The notes below the pieces were generated by a model that was not told the origin of the DNA, did no database searches, and saw nothing but the letters and a program-made list of their open reading frames with translations. A DNA stretch of 64,000 nucleotides. It comes from an uncultured Chloroflexia bacterium. Its GTDB lineage: Bacteria; Chloroflexota; Limnocylindria; QHBO01. The first letter of the stretch is position 1, and each line of letters starts with the position of its first letter. A program made the translations under genes and the position numbers. The DNA is taken from NCBI GenBank assembly GCA_963827475.1, contig CAWHAZ010000005.1, positions 704,001 to 768,000 on the forward strand. Reading direction: 5' to 3'. Below, piece after piece: positions 21,765 to 30,731 of this stretch.

Positions 21765-22612
21765 GCGGCCCGCGCCTCGGGCGCATCGGGTTCGTCGTCA
21801 GCCGCTACAACCCCGATGCCGCCGCGGTCCTGGCTCGTGGACGGGCCTGGTGCGCCGCTCACGAGGTCCCGGCCTGGGACGCGGTCGCGGACGACGAGGC
21901 GCGGCTCACCGCGGAGCTGCCCGGGAGCGACCTGGTCGCCGTCCTCGGCGGCGACGGGACGTTCCTCCGCGTGGCGCGCGTCATCGGTGACAGCGAGGTG
22001 CCGGCCCTCGGCGTGAACCTCGGGCGGGTGGGGTTCCTGGCCAAGGTCGAGCCGGACGAGCTGGAGTCCGCGCTGGACGGGATCGCCGCCGGTCGCCACA
22101 CGATCGCCGAGCGGATGCGGTTGTCCGCCACCGTCCACCGCCGCGACGGCGAGCCCACGGCGGAGGCCTGCCTGAACGAGGTGGTCGTCGCCCGCGCCGC
22201 CCAGGTCCGCCTCATCCAGGTCGAGGTCGAGGTCAGCGGCAGCCACCTCGCCACCTACCTGGCCGACGGGGTGGTGGTGGCGACCCCGACCGGATCGACC
22301 GCGTACTCGTACTCGGCCGGCGGCGCGCTGATCGACCCGCGGCTCCGCAACCTGGTCATCACCCCGGTGGCCGCCTACCTGTCGGCCATCCACAGCGTGG
22401 TGGCGGGGGACGAGCACCGCGTCCGTCTCCACCTGCGCGAGGCGTTCGGCGGCGCGGTCGTCTCGTTCGACGGCCAGCGCGACGTGCCGATCGAGGTCGG
22501 GGAGTGGGTGGAGGTCCAGGCCCTGCCGGTCCCGCTCCGCCTCGTCGAGCCGGAGGGCAGCACCCCGTTCTACGACCTGCTGCGGACCAAGGCCTCCCTC
22601 CTTCCCGACTGA
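21761..22612 (+). CDS. nadK: NAD kinase
   Basis: GGDGT, GVNLGRVGFL, LNE, DG...TPTGSTAY..SAGG. Confidence 0.95.
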   Translation: MSGPRLGRIGFVVSRYNPDAAAVLARGRAWCAAHEVPAWDAVADDEARLTAELPGSDLVAVLGGDGTFLRVARVIGDSEVPALGVNLGRVGFLAKVEPDELESALDGIAAGRHTIAERMRLSATVHRRDGEPTAEACLNEVVVARAAQVRLIQVEVEVSGSHLATYLADGVVVATPTGSTAYSYSAGGALIDPRLRNLVITPVAAYLSAIHSVVAGDEHRVRLHLREAFGGAVVSFDGQRDVPIEVGEWVEVQALPVPLRLVEPEGSTPFYDLLRTKASLLPD

Positions 22613-22615
22613 GCC

Positions 22616-23512
22616 GTGACCGACCCGGACATCGACCCGCGCCTGCAGGCCGCCATCGACGAGTTCCTGCTCGAGCTGCGCGTGGAGCGGGGGCTGTCCC
22701 CGCTGACCATCGCCGCGTATCGGCGCGACCTGCTCCAGTTCGCCGCCATGGCCGGCCGCCGCTGGCGAGACGACCCCGCCGTGGTCGGGGAGTTCGTGGC
22801 CCGTCTCGGGCGCCAGGGCCGGCGGGCGACGACCCAGGCCCGCAAGGTCGCGGCCATCCGCAGCTTCTACGGCTTCGCCCGGCGCGAGGGGATCATCGAG
22901 CGGGACCTCGCCGACCTCATCGACCCGCCACGCCCCGGACGCTACCTGCCCGAGGTCCTGGCTCCCGACGAGGTGGAGCGCATCCTGGCCATGCCGGCCG
23001 ACGACCCGGCCGGCATCCGCGACGCGGCCATCCTCGAGCTGCTCTACGCCTGCGGCCTGCGCGTGTCCGAGCTCACCGGGCTCGACCTCGACCGCCTCAA
23101 CCTGCCGGGGCTCGAGGTGCGGGTCATCGGCAAGGGCAACCGGGAGCGTCGCGTGCCCATGGGCGAGCCGGCACGCGAGCGTCTCCATCGGTATCTGTCC
23201 GGCCCGCGGACGGCCTGGACGGCCGGTCACCCGACGCCGGCGGTCTTCGTTTCGCAGCGTGGAGGGCGGCTCGGGCGGGAGTCGGTCTGGCGCCTGGTGC
23301 GGCGCTGGAGCCAGGCGGCGGGCGTCGGTTCGGACGTCACCCCGCACACCTTCCGCCACAGTTTTGCGACCCATCTGCTCGAGGGCGGAGCCGATCTGCG
23401 GGTGGTCCAGTCGCTCTTGGGCCATGCTAGCATCAGCACCACCCAGCTCTATACCCACCTGACCGGTGAGCGCGTGCGGGAGGTGTACTCCCGGGCGCAC
23501 CCGCGAGCCTGA
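22616..23512 (+). CDS. xerD: Site-specific tyrosine recombinase XerD
   Basis: RD.AILELLYACGLRVSE, GKG.RER, TPH.FRHSFATHLL, LGHA.ISTTQ.YT; core synteny near scpAB. Confidence 0.92.
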   Translation: MTDPDIDPRLQAAIDEFLLELRVERGLSPLTIAAYRRDLLQFAAMAGRRWRDDPAVVGEFVARLGRQGRRATTQARKVAAIRSFYGFARREGIIERDLADLIDPPRPGRYLPEVLAPDEVERILAMPADDPAGIRDAAILELLYACGLRVSELTGLDLDRLNLPGLEVRVIGKGNRERRVPMGEPARERLHRYLSGPRTAWTAGHPTPAVFVSQRGGRLGRESVWRLVRRWSQAAGVGSDVTPHTFRHSFATHLLEGGADLRVVQSLLGHASISTTQLYTHLTGERVREVYSRAHPRA

Positions 23513-23520
23513 GGAGACCG

Positions 23521-24320
23521 ATGAGTTACGCCCGTAAGCTGCTGGCCCGTGGCGAGGAGGTGGTCCTCGAGAGCCGGCAGCACTGGTTCGTGGTCATCGG
23601 CCGCTCGTGGTGGGCGATCATCCTCGCCATCCTGGCCCTGGCCGTCCTGATGTTCGTGGCCGGCCCGCCGGAGGAGGATCTCGACGGTCCGGTCGAGATC
23701 GGCGCCCTGATCGCGCTGATCATCGGCCTGGGGCGGATCGGCTGGGTCATCTGGGACTGGAAGAACACCGAGTTCCTGGTCACGAACCGTCGGATCGTGC
23801 GGGCCGAGGGCATCCTGAACAAGCGGATGGCGGCGACCAGCCTGGAGAAGGTGAACGACGCGGTCCTGACCCAGAGCCTGTTCGGGCGCTTCTTCGGGTT
23901 CGGCGACCTCGACATCCTGTCGGCCGCGGAAGAGATCGGCGGGATCGAGGACTACCCGATGATCGTGGACCCGGTCGACTTCAAGGTCGCGATGCTGAAC
24001 CAGAAGGAAGCCATCGAGCGGCCCGACCTGGCGCCCCCCGCCTACCAGCGCCAGCCCGCTCCGGACCTGGTTCCCGCCGAGCCGATGCCGCCGCGCGCCG
24101 GCAGCGACCAGGTGACCGTGGTCGACCAATCCGCGCGGATGCGCCGGCCACCGCGCCCGTCCCGCCTCCGGCCCCGGCCGAGGCTCCTCCCGCCGCGCCG
24201 GCTCCGGCGGCCGATGACGCCACCGCCACCCTCGAGCGCCTCGCCTCCCTCCGCGACCGGGGCCTGATCACCGCCGAGGAATACGACGCCAAGAAGCGCG
24301 AGCTCCTGGAGCGGATCTAG
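23521..24320 (+). CDS. Membrane-anchored bacterial PH-domain protein with C-terminal SHOCT domain, frameshift near 24135
   Basis: Two TMs, VTNRRI...GIL, QSLFGR.FGFGD; ends LERLASLRDRGLITAEEYDAKKRELL in the adjacent frame. Confidence 0.8.
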
Positions 24321-24321
24321 C

Positions 24322-25185
24322 GTGGCCGACGCTCCGGCCACAACCGGGCTGGGCCAGCGGATCGAGTCCGCGGCGGCTGCCATCCGCGACCGCCTGGCTG
24401 CCGAGCCGTCCCTCGCCACGCCCCGTCTCGGTCTCGTCCTGGGCTCCGGTCTCGGGGCGGTGGTCGACCTCCTCGATCCCGAGCCGCGGATCCGGATCCC
24501 GTACGCGGAGATCCCCGGGGTGCCGGTGTCGGGCGTGGCCGGACATGCCGGGGAGCTGGTGGCGGGCCTGGTCGGCGGCCGGCCGGTCCTCGTCCTCGCC
24601 GGGCGGGTCCACGCCTACGAGGGGTACAGCCATCGGGAGGTCACGATCCTGCTCCGCGCCGCGTTCCGGGTCGGCCTCGAGGCGGTGGTCCTGACCAACG
24701 CGGCGGGCGGCCTGAACCCGGACTTCGAGCCGGGCGAGCTCATGCTCATGACCGATCACATCAACCTCTCGGGCGACAACCCGCTGTTCGGCCCGAACCT
24801 CGACTTCCTTGGCCCGCGCTTTCCAGCCCTGACCGATGCCTACGACCCGGAGCTCGCCGCCCGCGCGCGCGCGGCCGCCGAGCGGACCGGTGTCCGACTC
24901 CGCGAGGGGGTCTACGTGATGCTGTCCGGGCCGACCTACGAGACCCGGGCCGAGCTGCGGATGCTCCGCCAGCTGGGCGCCGACGCGGTCGGCATGTCGA
25001 CCGTGCTCGAGGTCATCGTGGCCCGTCACGCCGGCGTCCGGGTCTTGGCCATCTCGCTGATCACCAACAAGGCGACGCCGGACGTCGAGACCGGCGCGAC
25101 CCACGAGGAGGTGATCGAGATGGGCCGGATCGGGGCCGGCCGGCTGGCGACCCTGCTCGGCGCGCTCCTGCCGGAGATCGCCTAG
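24322..25185 (+). CDS. punA: Purine nucleoside phosphorylase (trimeric type)
   Basis: VLGSGLG, GR.H.YEG, TNAAGG, GPTYET.AE, VGMST, TN. Confidence 0.94.
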   Translation: MADAPATTGLGQRIESAAAAIRDRLAAEPSLATPRLGLVLGSGLGAVVDLLDPEPRIRIPYAEIPGVPVSGVAGHAGELVAGLVGGRPVLVLAGRVHAYEGYSHREVTILLRAAFRVGLEAVVLTNAAGGLNPDFEPGELMLMTDHINLSGDNPLFGPNLDFLGPRFPALTDAYDPELAARARAAAERTGVRLREGVYVMLSGPTYETRAELRMLRQLGADAVGMSTVLEVIVARHAGVRVLAISLITNKATPDVETGATHEEVIEMGRIGAGRLATLLGALLPEIA

Positions 25186-25187
25186 GC

Positions 25188-25808
25188 GTGCTGTTCCTCC
25201 AGGGCCTCACGATCCCGGCCATCGCCGGGATCCTCATCGGCATGCTGGCCGGGATCACGTTCCACGAGTTCAGCCACGCCTTCGCCGCCGACCAGCTCGG
25301 GGACCGCCGGCCCCGGGCGCTCGGGCGGGTGTCGCTGAACCCGCTGCGCCACCTCGACCCGTTCGGCACCGTCCTCCTCGTCCTGGTCGGGATCGGCTGG
25401 GGCAAACCGGTGCCGGTGGCGGTCGAGGCCCTGCGGAGCGGGCGGACGGGGCTGGCGCTGGTGGCCGCCGCCGGTCCGGTCGCGAACATCGTGGTGGCCC
25501 TGGTCCTCGCCGGCACCTATCGCCTCGTCGACCTCGCCGGCCTGGGTGGCGAGGTCAGCCTCCAGCTGCTCTACACCGCGGTTGCGGTCAACCTCCTGCT
25601 GGCCATCCTCAACCTGATCCCGATCCCGCCGCTCGACGGGTTCGGGATCGTGATCTCCCTCGTCCCGGCTCGGTGGGAGTACACCATCCGCCCGTACGCC
25701 GGCTACGGGGTCGTGGTCCTGCTCCTCCTGCTGATCCTGCCCAACAGCCCGCTGTCCGCCATCCTCCGCCTCGCCTACCCGTGGGCGGCGGCCCTGTGCG
25801 GGATCTGA
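25188..25808 (+). CDS. Site-2 protease family (M50) protein
   Basis: HEFSH, AAGPVAN, NLIPIPPLDG. Confidence 0.92.
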   Translation: MLFLQGLTIPAIAGILIGMLAGITFHEFSHAFAADQLGDRRPRALGRVSLNPLRHLDPFGTVLLVLVGIGWGKPVPVAVEALRSGRTGLALVAAAGPVANIVVALVLAGTYRLVDLAGLGGEVSLQLLYTAVAVNLLLAILNLIPIPPLDGFGIVISLVPARWEYTIRPYAGYGVVVLLLLLILPNSPLSAILRLAYPWAAALCGI

Positions 25809-25831
25809 GCGGAGAGGCTGGCGCCGGACCG

Positions 25832-26326
25832 ATGCGCCCCGCCTATCGCGTTCGGCAGTTCGGCGCCCACCTCCGCGCCCGGGTCAGCGCCGAGGAACGG
25901 GCCGACGCGCATGCCGCGCTTCCGCAACGGGCCGCGGCCGTGTTCGACGGGATGCCGGTGGCCGACCAGCGACACGCGTTGGACGTCCTCCATCGCCTGC
26001 GGGCGACCGGACAGACCGATGCCGACCTGCTGGCCGCCGCGCTGCTCCATGACGCGGGAAAGGGCCGGCGGATCCGGCTGTGGCACCGGGTGGTGACCGT
26101 GCTGGTCGAGGCCGTCGCCCCGTCGCGGCTGGAGAGCCTCGGATCCCCGGATCCCGCGTCGTGGCGTCACCCGTTCCACCTCCAGCGCCACCACGAGGCG
26201 CTGTCCGCCCGCGCCGCGCTCGAGGCGGGATGCGGCCCGCGGGTTGCGGCGTTCATTGCCGGCACGGCGGAGCCGGGCGATGCGCAGTTGGCGGCTGCAC
26301 TCCAGGCCGCCGACGCGGCATCCTGA
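25832..26326 (+). CDS. HD-domain protein
   Basis: DQRHA, AALLHDAGK, HH; typical neighbour of the S2P gene. Confidence 0.8.
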   Translation: MRPAYRVRQFGAHLRARVSAEERADAHAALPQRAAAVFDGMPVADQRHALDVLHRLRATGQTDADLLAAALLHDAGKGRRIRLWHRVVTVLVEAVAPSRLESLGSPDPASWRHPFHLQRHHEALSARAALEAGCGPRVAAFIAGTAEPGDAQLAAALQAADAAS

Positions 26327-26330
26327 GCAG

Positions 26331-27104
26331 GTGAGCCAGACCTTCCCGATCGAGTCCGAGCCGCGGGTGGCCGTGGCGATCGGCCCGGCCCCCGAATTCC
26401 AGGTCGAGCTCGAGGTGTTCGAGGGCCCCCTGCCGCTCCTGCTCCACCTCATCGAGACGGCCGAGCTGGACATCCTGACCGTGCCCCTGTCCACGCTTGC
26501 GGACGGGTATGTCGCCTGGCTCGCCACCCATCCGGTGGATTCGGCCAACCTCGCCCAGTTCGTGGCCACCGCCGCCCAGCTCATCCTGCTGAAGTCCCGG
26601 AGCCTGCTCGCCGAGCCGGTGGATCCCATGGCGGCGGCGGGGGATGACATCGACGAGGAGGAGCTTCGGCGGCGCCTCCTCGCCTATCGCGCCATTCGCG
26701 ATGCGGCGCGGGAGATCGCCGGACGGGACCTGGTCGCCCCCATGTGGCGGCGGGAGCCACGCGCCGCGGATCTGCCCGAGGCGCCGCTCGCCCCCCTCGA
26801 TCGGGCGCTGCTGGCGGACGCCATGGCCCGGATGAGCGCGGTCGTCGAGCCGGAACCCGCTCCGCCGGAGATCGTGCCGCGGGAGGTGACCGTCGGCCAG
26901 CAGATCGCCGTGCTCCGGGAGGCCATGGCCGAGGGCGGGAAGCTCGTCCTGCAGGCCATCCTCGCCATCGGGACCAGCCGCACGGAACGGGTCGTGACCC
27001 TGATGGCCGCCCTCGAGCTCGTCCGCCGCCGGGAGCTGCGCGCCCGGCAGACGACGCTCTTCGGCCCGATCGTCCTCGAACGCACGAGCGGGGCCGGATC
27101 GTGA
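26331..27104 (+). CDS. scpA: Segregation and condensation protein A
   Basis: FEGPL.LLL.LI, LKSR.LL, A.LEL, Q..LFG.I. Confidence 0.92.
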   Translation: MSQTFPIESEPRVAVAIGPAPEFQVELEVFEGPLPLLLHLIETAELDILTVPLSTLADGYVAWLATHPVDSANLAQFVATAAQLILLKSRSLLAEPVDPMAAAGDDIDEEELRRRLLAYRAIRDAAREIAGRDLVAPMWRREPRAADLPEAPLAPLDRALLADAMARMSAVVEPEPAPPEIVPREVTVGQQIAVLREAMAEGGKLVLQAILAIGTSRTERVVTLMAALELVRRRELRARQTTLFGPIVLERTSGAGS

Positions 27105-27698
27105 CCGACCGGCAGGCCGGGGATGGGGACCTGGTCGCGGCCCTCGAGGCCCTCCTGTTCGTCGCCGACCGACCGCTCTCGACCGGGGAGCTGGCGGAGC
27201 TGGCCGAGGTCCCCGCCGGGACGGTGGCCGCGGCGCTGGCGGCGCTCGCGACGTCGCTCGGGGGCCGCGGGATCCGGCTCCAGCAGCTCGACGACGCCTG
27301 GCAGCTCACCACCGCGCCGGGGGTCGCGGATCGCGTCCGCCGCTATGCCGAGCGAAGCGAAGGGCGCCTCAGCCCGGCGGCGGTCGAGGCCCTGGCGGTG
27401 GTCGCCTACCGGCAGCCGGCGACCCGCGGTGACGTGGAGCGGGTTCGCGGCGTCGACTCGGAATCGGTCATTCGCTCGCTGCTGCATCGCCGGCTGATCA
27501 CCGAAGCCGGTCGGCGCGACAGCCCAGGCCGCCCGATCCTGTACCGGACGACGTTCACCTTCCTCGAGCGGTTCGGGATGGAGAGCCTCGAGGGACTTCC
27601 CGCGCTCGAGTGTCGACTCGGCCCCCACGACTACCGAAGCCGAGCAGGTGGACGAGGCCGCCGAGCCGGAGGTCGCGGCCGATCGGCATGGCGGGTGA
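27101..27698 (+). CDS. scpB: SMC-Scp complex subunit ScpB, probable frameshift near 27611 in the acidic tail
   Basis: LEALLF, LS.AA.E.LA.VAY.QP.TR..VE.VRGV, GRP.LY.TT..FL..FG. Confidence 0.92.
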
Positions 27699-29142
27699 GC
27701 GCCTGCAGACGGTCCTCGCCCGCGCGGGCCATGGCTCGCGGCGCGCCGCCGACCGCTGGATCGCCGACGGTCGGGTGACCGTCAACGGGAGCACCGCCGC
27801 TCCGGGGACCCGGGTGGACCCCGAACTCGACGTCGTCGCCCTCGACGGTCAACCCCTGACCCTGGCCGCGCCGGTCACGGTGCACCTCGCGATCCACAAG
27901 CCGCGTGGCGTCCTGTCCTCCGCCCGCGGCGCATACGGGCATGAGGCGGTGGTCGATCTCGTGTCGCCGCGGCCTCCCGGCCGGCTCTGGCCCGCCGGTC
28001 GGCTGGACCTCGACTCCGAGGGGCTCATGCTGCTGACCAACGACGGGGCCTGGGCGCAGCGCGTGCTGCACCCCAGGTATGGCGTGGTCCGCCAGTACGC
28101 GGTGCAGCTCGATCGCGAGCCCGACCCCGCCGACCTTGACCGGCTCAGGCATGGCGTCGAGATCGACGGCGTCCACGCCAACCTGCTCGGCATTGCCCGC
28201 AGTCGGCGCCCGGCGGGCGTCGCCGCACCCACGGAGGCCGGACCGTGGTTCGCGGTCCAGCTCGGGGAGGGCCGCAATCGAGAGGTGCGCCGGCTGTTCG
28301 CGGCGGTCGGCTACCGCGTCCACCGCCTGGTCCGGACGGCGTACGGACCGATCACCCTCGCCGGTCTCGAGCCGGCGGCGTGGCGGCCGCTGACCGCCGC
28401 GGAGGTCACCGCGCTGGAGGGCGGCCCGCCGCCTTCCCTGTCGGCGACCCCTCGACCGCGCCGCTCGACGAGCCGTTGGCTGCGGATCGCGGTCGACGGC
28501 ACGTCGGGGTCCGGGAAGAGCACCGTCGGTCGAGCACTGGCCGAGCGTCTCGACGCCCGATTCGTGGACACCGGCCTCCTGTATCGGGCCGTCACCCTGG
28601 CCGCCCTGGAGGCGGGGGTCGACCCGGCGGACGGGCCTGCCGTCGCCCGGCTCACCCAGCAGACCCATGTCCGGGTTCGCCCCGCGAACGGCGGCCAGCC
28701 CGGCGAACAGGTGATGATCGGTCGGCGGGACGTGACGCCGCTCCTCCGCGAGCCGCGCATCGAGCGGGCGGTGCCGACCATCAGCCGGCACGCGGAGGTC
28801 AGAGCCGCCATGCTCACCGTCCAGCGGAATGCGGCGAAGGGCCAGGACACGGTCATGGTCGGACGGGATATCGGCACCGTCGTCCTTCCCGATGCTGACT
28901 TGAAGGTCTTCCTCACCGCCTCGGTCGAGACCCGGGCTCGCCGGCGCGCGGAACAGATGGGCCGACCCGATCGTGTCGCGACCTATCAGCGGGAGATCAC
29001 CGACCGGGACCGCACCGACTCCACCCGCGCGGTGGCGCCGCTCCGGCGCGCTCCCGGCGCCCTCGTCCTCGACACCGGGGAGCTGGACGTCGACGAGTGC
29101 GTGGCCGCGATCGTCGCCGCCCTGCCGTCCCGTCGGCCATGA
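27688..29142 (+). CDS. cmk: Pseudouridine synthase (RsuA/RluB family)-cytidylate kinase fusion
   Basis: S4 + GRLD.DSEGL + EGRNREVRR, then IAVDGTSGSGKST, DTG.LYR, GRDIGTVV, RD..DS.R in one ORF. Confidence 0.88.
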   Translation: MAGERLQTVLARAGHGSRRAADRWIADGRVTVNGSTAAPGTRVDPELDVVALDGQPLTLAAPVTVHLAIHKPRGVLSSARGAYGHEAVVDLVSPRPPGRLWPAGRLDLDSEGLMLLTNDGAWAQRVLHPRYGVVRQYAVQLDREPDPADLDRLRHGVEIDGVHANLLGIARSRRPAGVAAPTEAGPWFAVQLGEGRNREVRRLFAAVGYRVHRLVRTAYGPITLAGLEPAAWRPLTAAEVTALEGGPPPSLSATPRPRRSTSRWLRIAVDGTSGSGKSTVGRALAERLDARFVDTGLLYRAVTLAALEAGVDPADGPAVARLTQQTHVRVRPANGGQPGEQVMIGRRDVTPLLREPRIERAVPTISRHAEVRAAMLTVQRNAAKGQDTVMVGRDIGTVVLPDADLKVFLTASVETRARRRAEQMGRPDRVATYQREITDRDRTDSTRAVAPLRRAPGALVLDTGELDVDECVAAIVAALPSRRP

Positions 29143-29816
29143 CTCGCAACCTCGCCCGCTACCTGCCGCGGACCTGGGCGCAACGCCCCGCGGGCGTGCT
29201 CATCGGTCTGCTCCTCCGGCTGCTCGGGGGCGTACGGACGGAGGGACTGGAGAACCTGCCCCGAACCGGGCCGATCATCATCGTGGCCAACCACTACACG
29301 CTCATGGATCCCCTGGTCGCCGGCTGGGGGACGTGCTACCGCGTCGGCCGGGTCGTGCACATGGTGGCCAAGATCCAGATCAAGGGCTGGCCGCTCTTCG
29401 GCTGGCTGGGCAGCCAGGCCGGCGTGATCTACGTCCGCCGCGGGACGAGCGACCTCGACGCCCAGCGCGCCCTGCAGGCCGTGCTCGCCGGCGGGCGAGC
29501 GATGGTCATCTTTCCCGAGGGCACGCGCAGCCCGACCGGCGCGCTGATTCCCGCTCGCAACGGCGCCGCCCTGCTTGCCCTGCGCAGCGGCGCACCGATC
29601 GTCCCGATCGGGATCACTGGGACGGAGGGCATGCTCAGCTGGCGGGCGATCTTCGGCCCGCGGCCCCGCGCGACCGTGGTCGTCGGCCAGCCGTTCACCC
29701 TCGGTCACCGGCCGAATGGCCCGATCGACCGTGCCGACCTGACCGAGGCCTCGACCAGGCTCATGCGCGAGGTGGCCGCCCTCCTGCCGCCGATCCGGAG
29801 GGGCGTCTACGGCTGA
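29139..29816 (+). CDS. plsC: 1-acyl-sn-glycerol-3-phosphate acyltransferase
   Basis: NH....D and FPEGTRS motifs. Confidence 0.9.
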   Translation: MTRNLARYLPRTWAQRPAGVLIGLLLRLLGGVRTEGLENLPRTGPIIIVANHYTLMDPLVAGWGTCYRVGRVVHMVAKIQIKGWPLFGWLGSQAGVIYVRRGTSDLDAQRALQAVLAGGRAMVIFPEGTRSPTGALIPARNGAALLALRSGAPIVPIGITGTEGMLSWRAIFGPRPRATVVVGQPFTLGHRPNGPIDRADLTEASTRLMREVAALLPPIRRGVYG

Positions 29817-29846
29817 TCCGGTGACCGCCCCTAGAATGAGGGCGAG

Positions 29847-30722
29847 ATGAGCACGATTCGTCCCGAGGTCCGCATCGCCGAGCGGGCGGGCTTCTGCTAC
29901 GGGGTGCGGCTGGCGATCGACAAGGCCCGCCAGGCCTCCGAGGCCGGCGAGGAGGTCACCACCCTCGGCCAGCTGGTCCACAACCCGGGCATCAAGGCCG
30001 ACCTGGAGTCACGCGGCATCCAGACCGCGGAGCTGGCCGACCAGGTCGAGGGCGGGACGCTGGTCGTCCGGGCCCACGGCGTGCCGCGCGAGGAGATGGA
30101 GACGTTGAAGGCGAAGGGCGAGCTCCAGCTGGTCGACGCCACCTGCACCTGGGTGCTCCAGAGCCAGAAGGCCGCCCGCGAGCTCGACGAGGCCGGGTAC
30201 ACCGTCTGCATCATCGGTCACGAGAACCATCCGGAGGTTCGCGGGGTCCGCTCGTACGCGGGCGAGAAGCACGTCGTCGTGGACGACATGGACCGATCCA
30301 CCTGGGAGCGCGTGCCGCGCACGAAGAAGCTCGGCGTCCTGAGCCAGTCGACCATCCTGCCCTCCAAGCTCGAGGAGTTCGCCGCGTTCTGCCTGAAGCG
30401 CTGCCACGACCTGCGGGTGGTGAACACCGTGTGCCCGGTCACGCTCACCCGGCAGGACGACTCGGTGAAGCTGGCGGCCGAGGTGGACGCCATGGTCGTG
30501 GTCGGGGGCAAGAACAGCAGCAACACCCGCGAGCTGGCCGTGAAGTGCGCCCAGGTCCTGCCCGACACGATCCACGTCGCCGATGCCGACGAGCTCGAGA
30601 CCGAGCACGCGGCGTGGCTCGCCGGCAAGGCGCGGATCGGTGTCACCGGCGGTACCTCCACCCCCGAATCCGACCTCGAGGAGGTCCGCGACCGCATCTA
30701 CGCGCTCGCCGACGCCGCGTAG
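29847..30722 (+). CDS. ispH: 4-hydroxy-3-methylbut-2-enyl diphosphate reductase
   Basis: GFCYGV, VHN, RAHG, DATC, HPEV, NTVC, SSNT, TSTP. Confidence 0.96.
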   Translation: MSTIRPEVRIAERAGFCYGVRLAIDKARQASEAGEEVTTLGQLVHNPGIKADLESRGIQTAELADQVEGGTLVVRAHGVPREEMETLKAKGELQLVDATCTWVLQSQKAARELDEAGYTVCIIGHENHPEVRGVRSYAGEKHVVVDDMDRSTWERVPRTKKLGVLSQSTILPSKLEEFAAFCLKRCHDLRVVNTVCPVTLTRQDDSVKLAAEVDAMVVVGGKNSSNTRELAVKCAQVLPDTIHVADADELETEHAAWLAGKARIGVTGGTSTPESDLEEVRDRIYALADAA

Positions 30723-30731
30723 ACTCGGGCC

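Noticed and set aside
22616-23512. xerD as the island integrase or a mobile-element marker
   Set aside because: It sits 19 kb away in core nadK/scpAB synteny and looks like housekeeping XerD; action in trans is not excluded but has no support.
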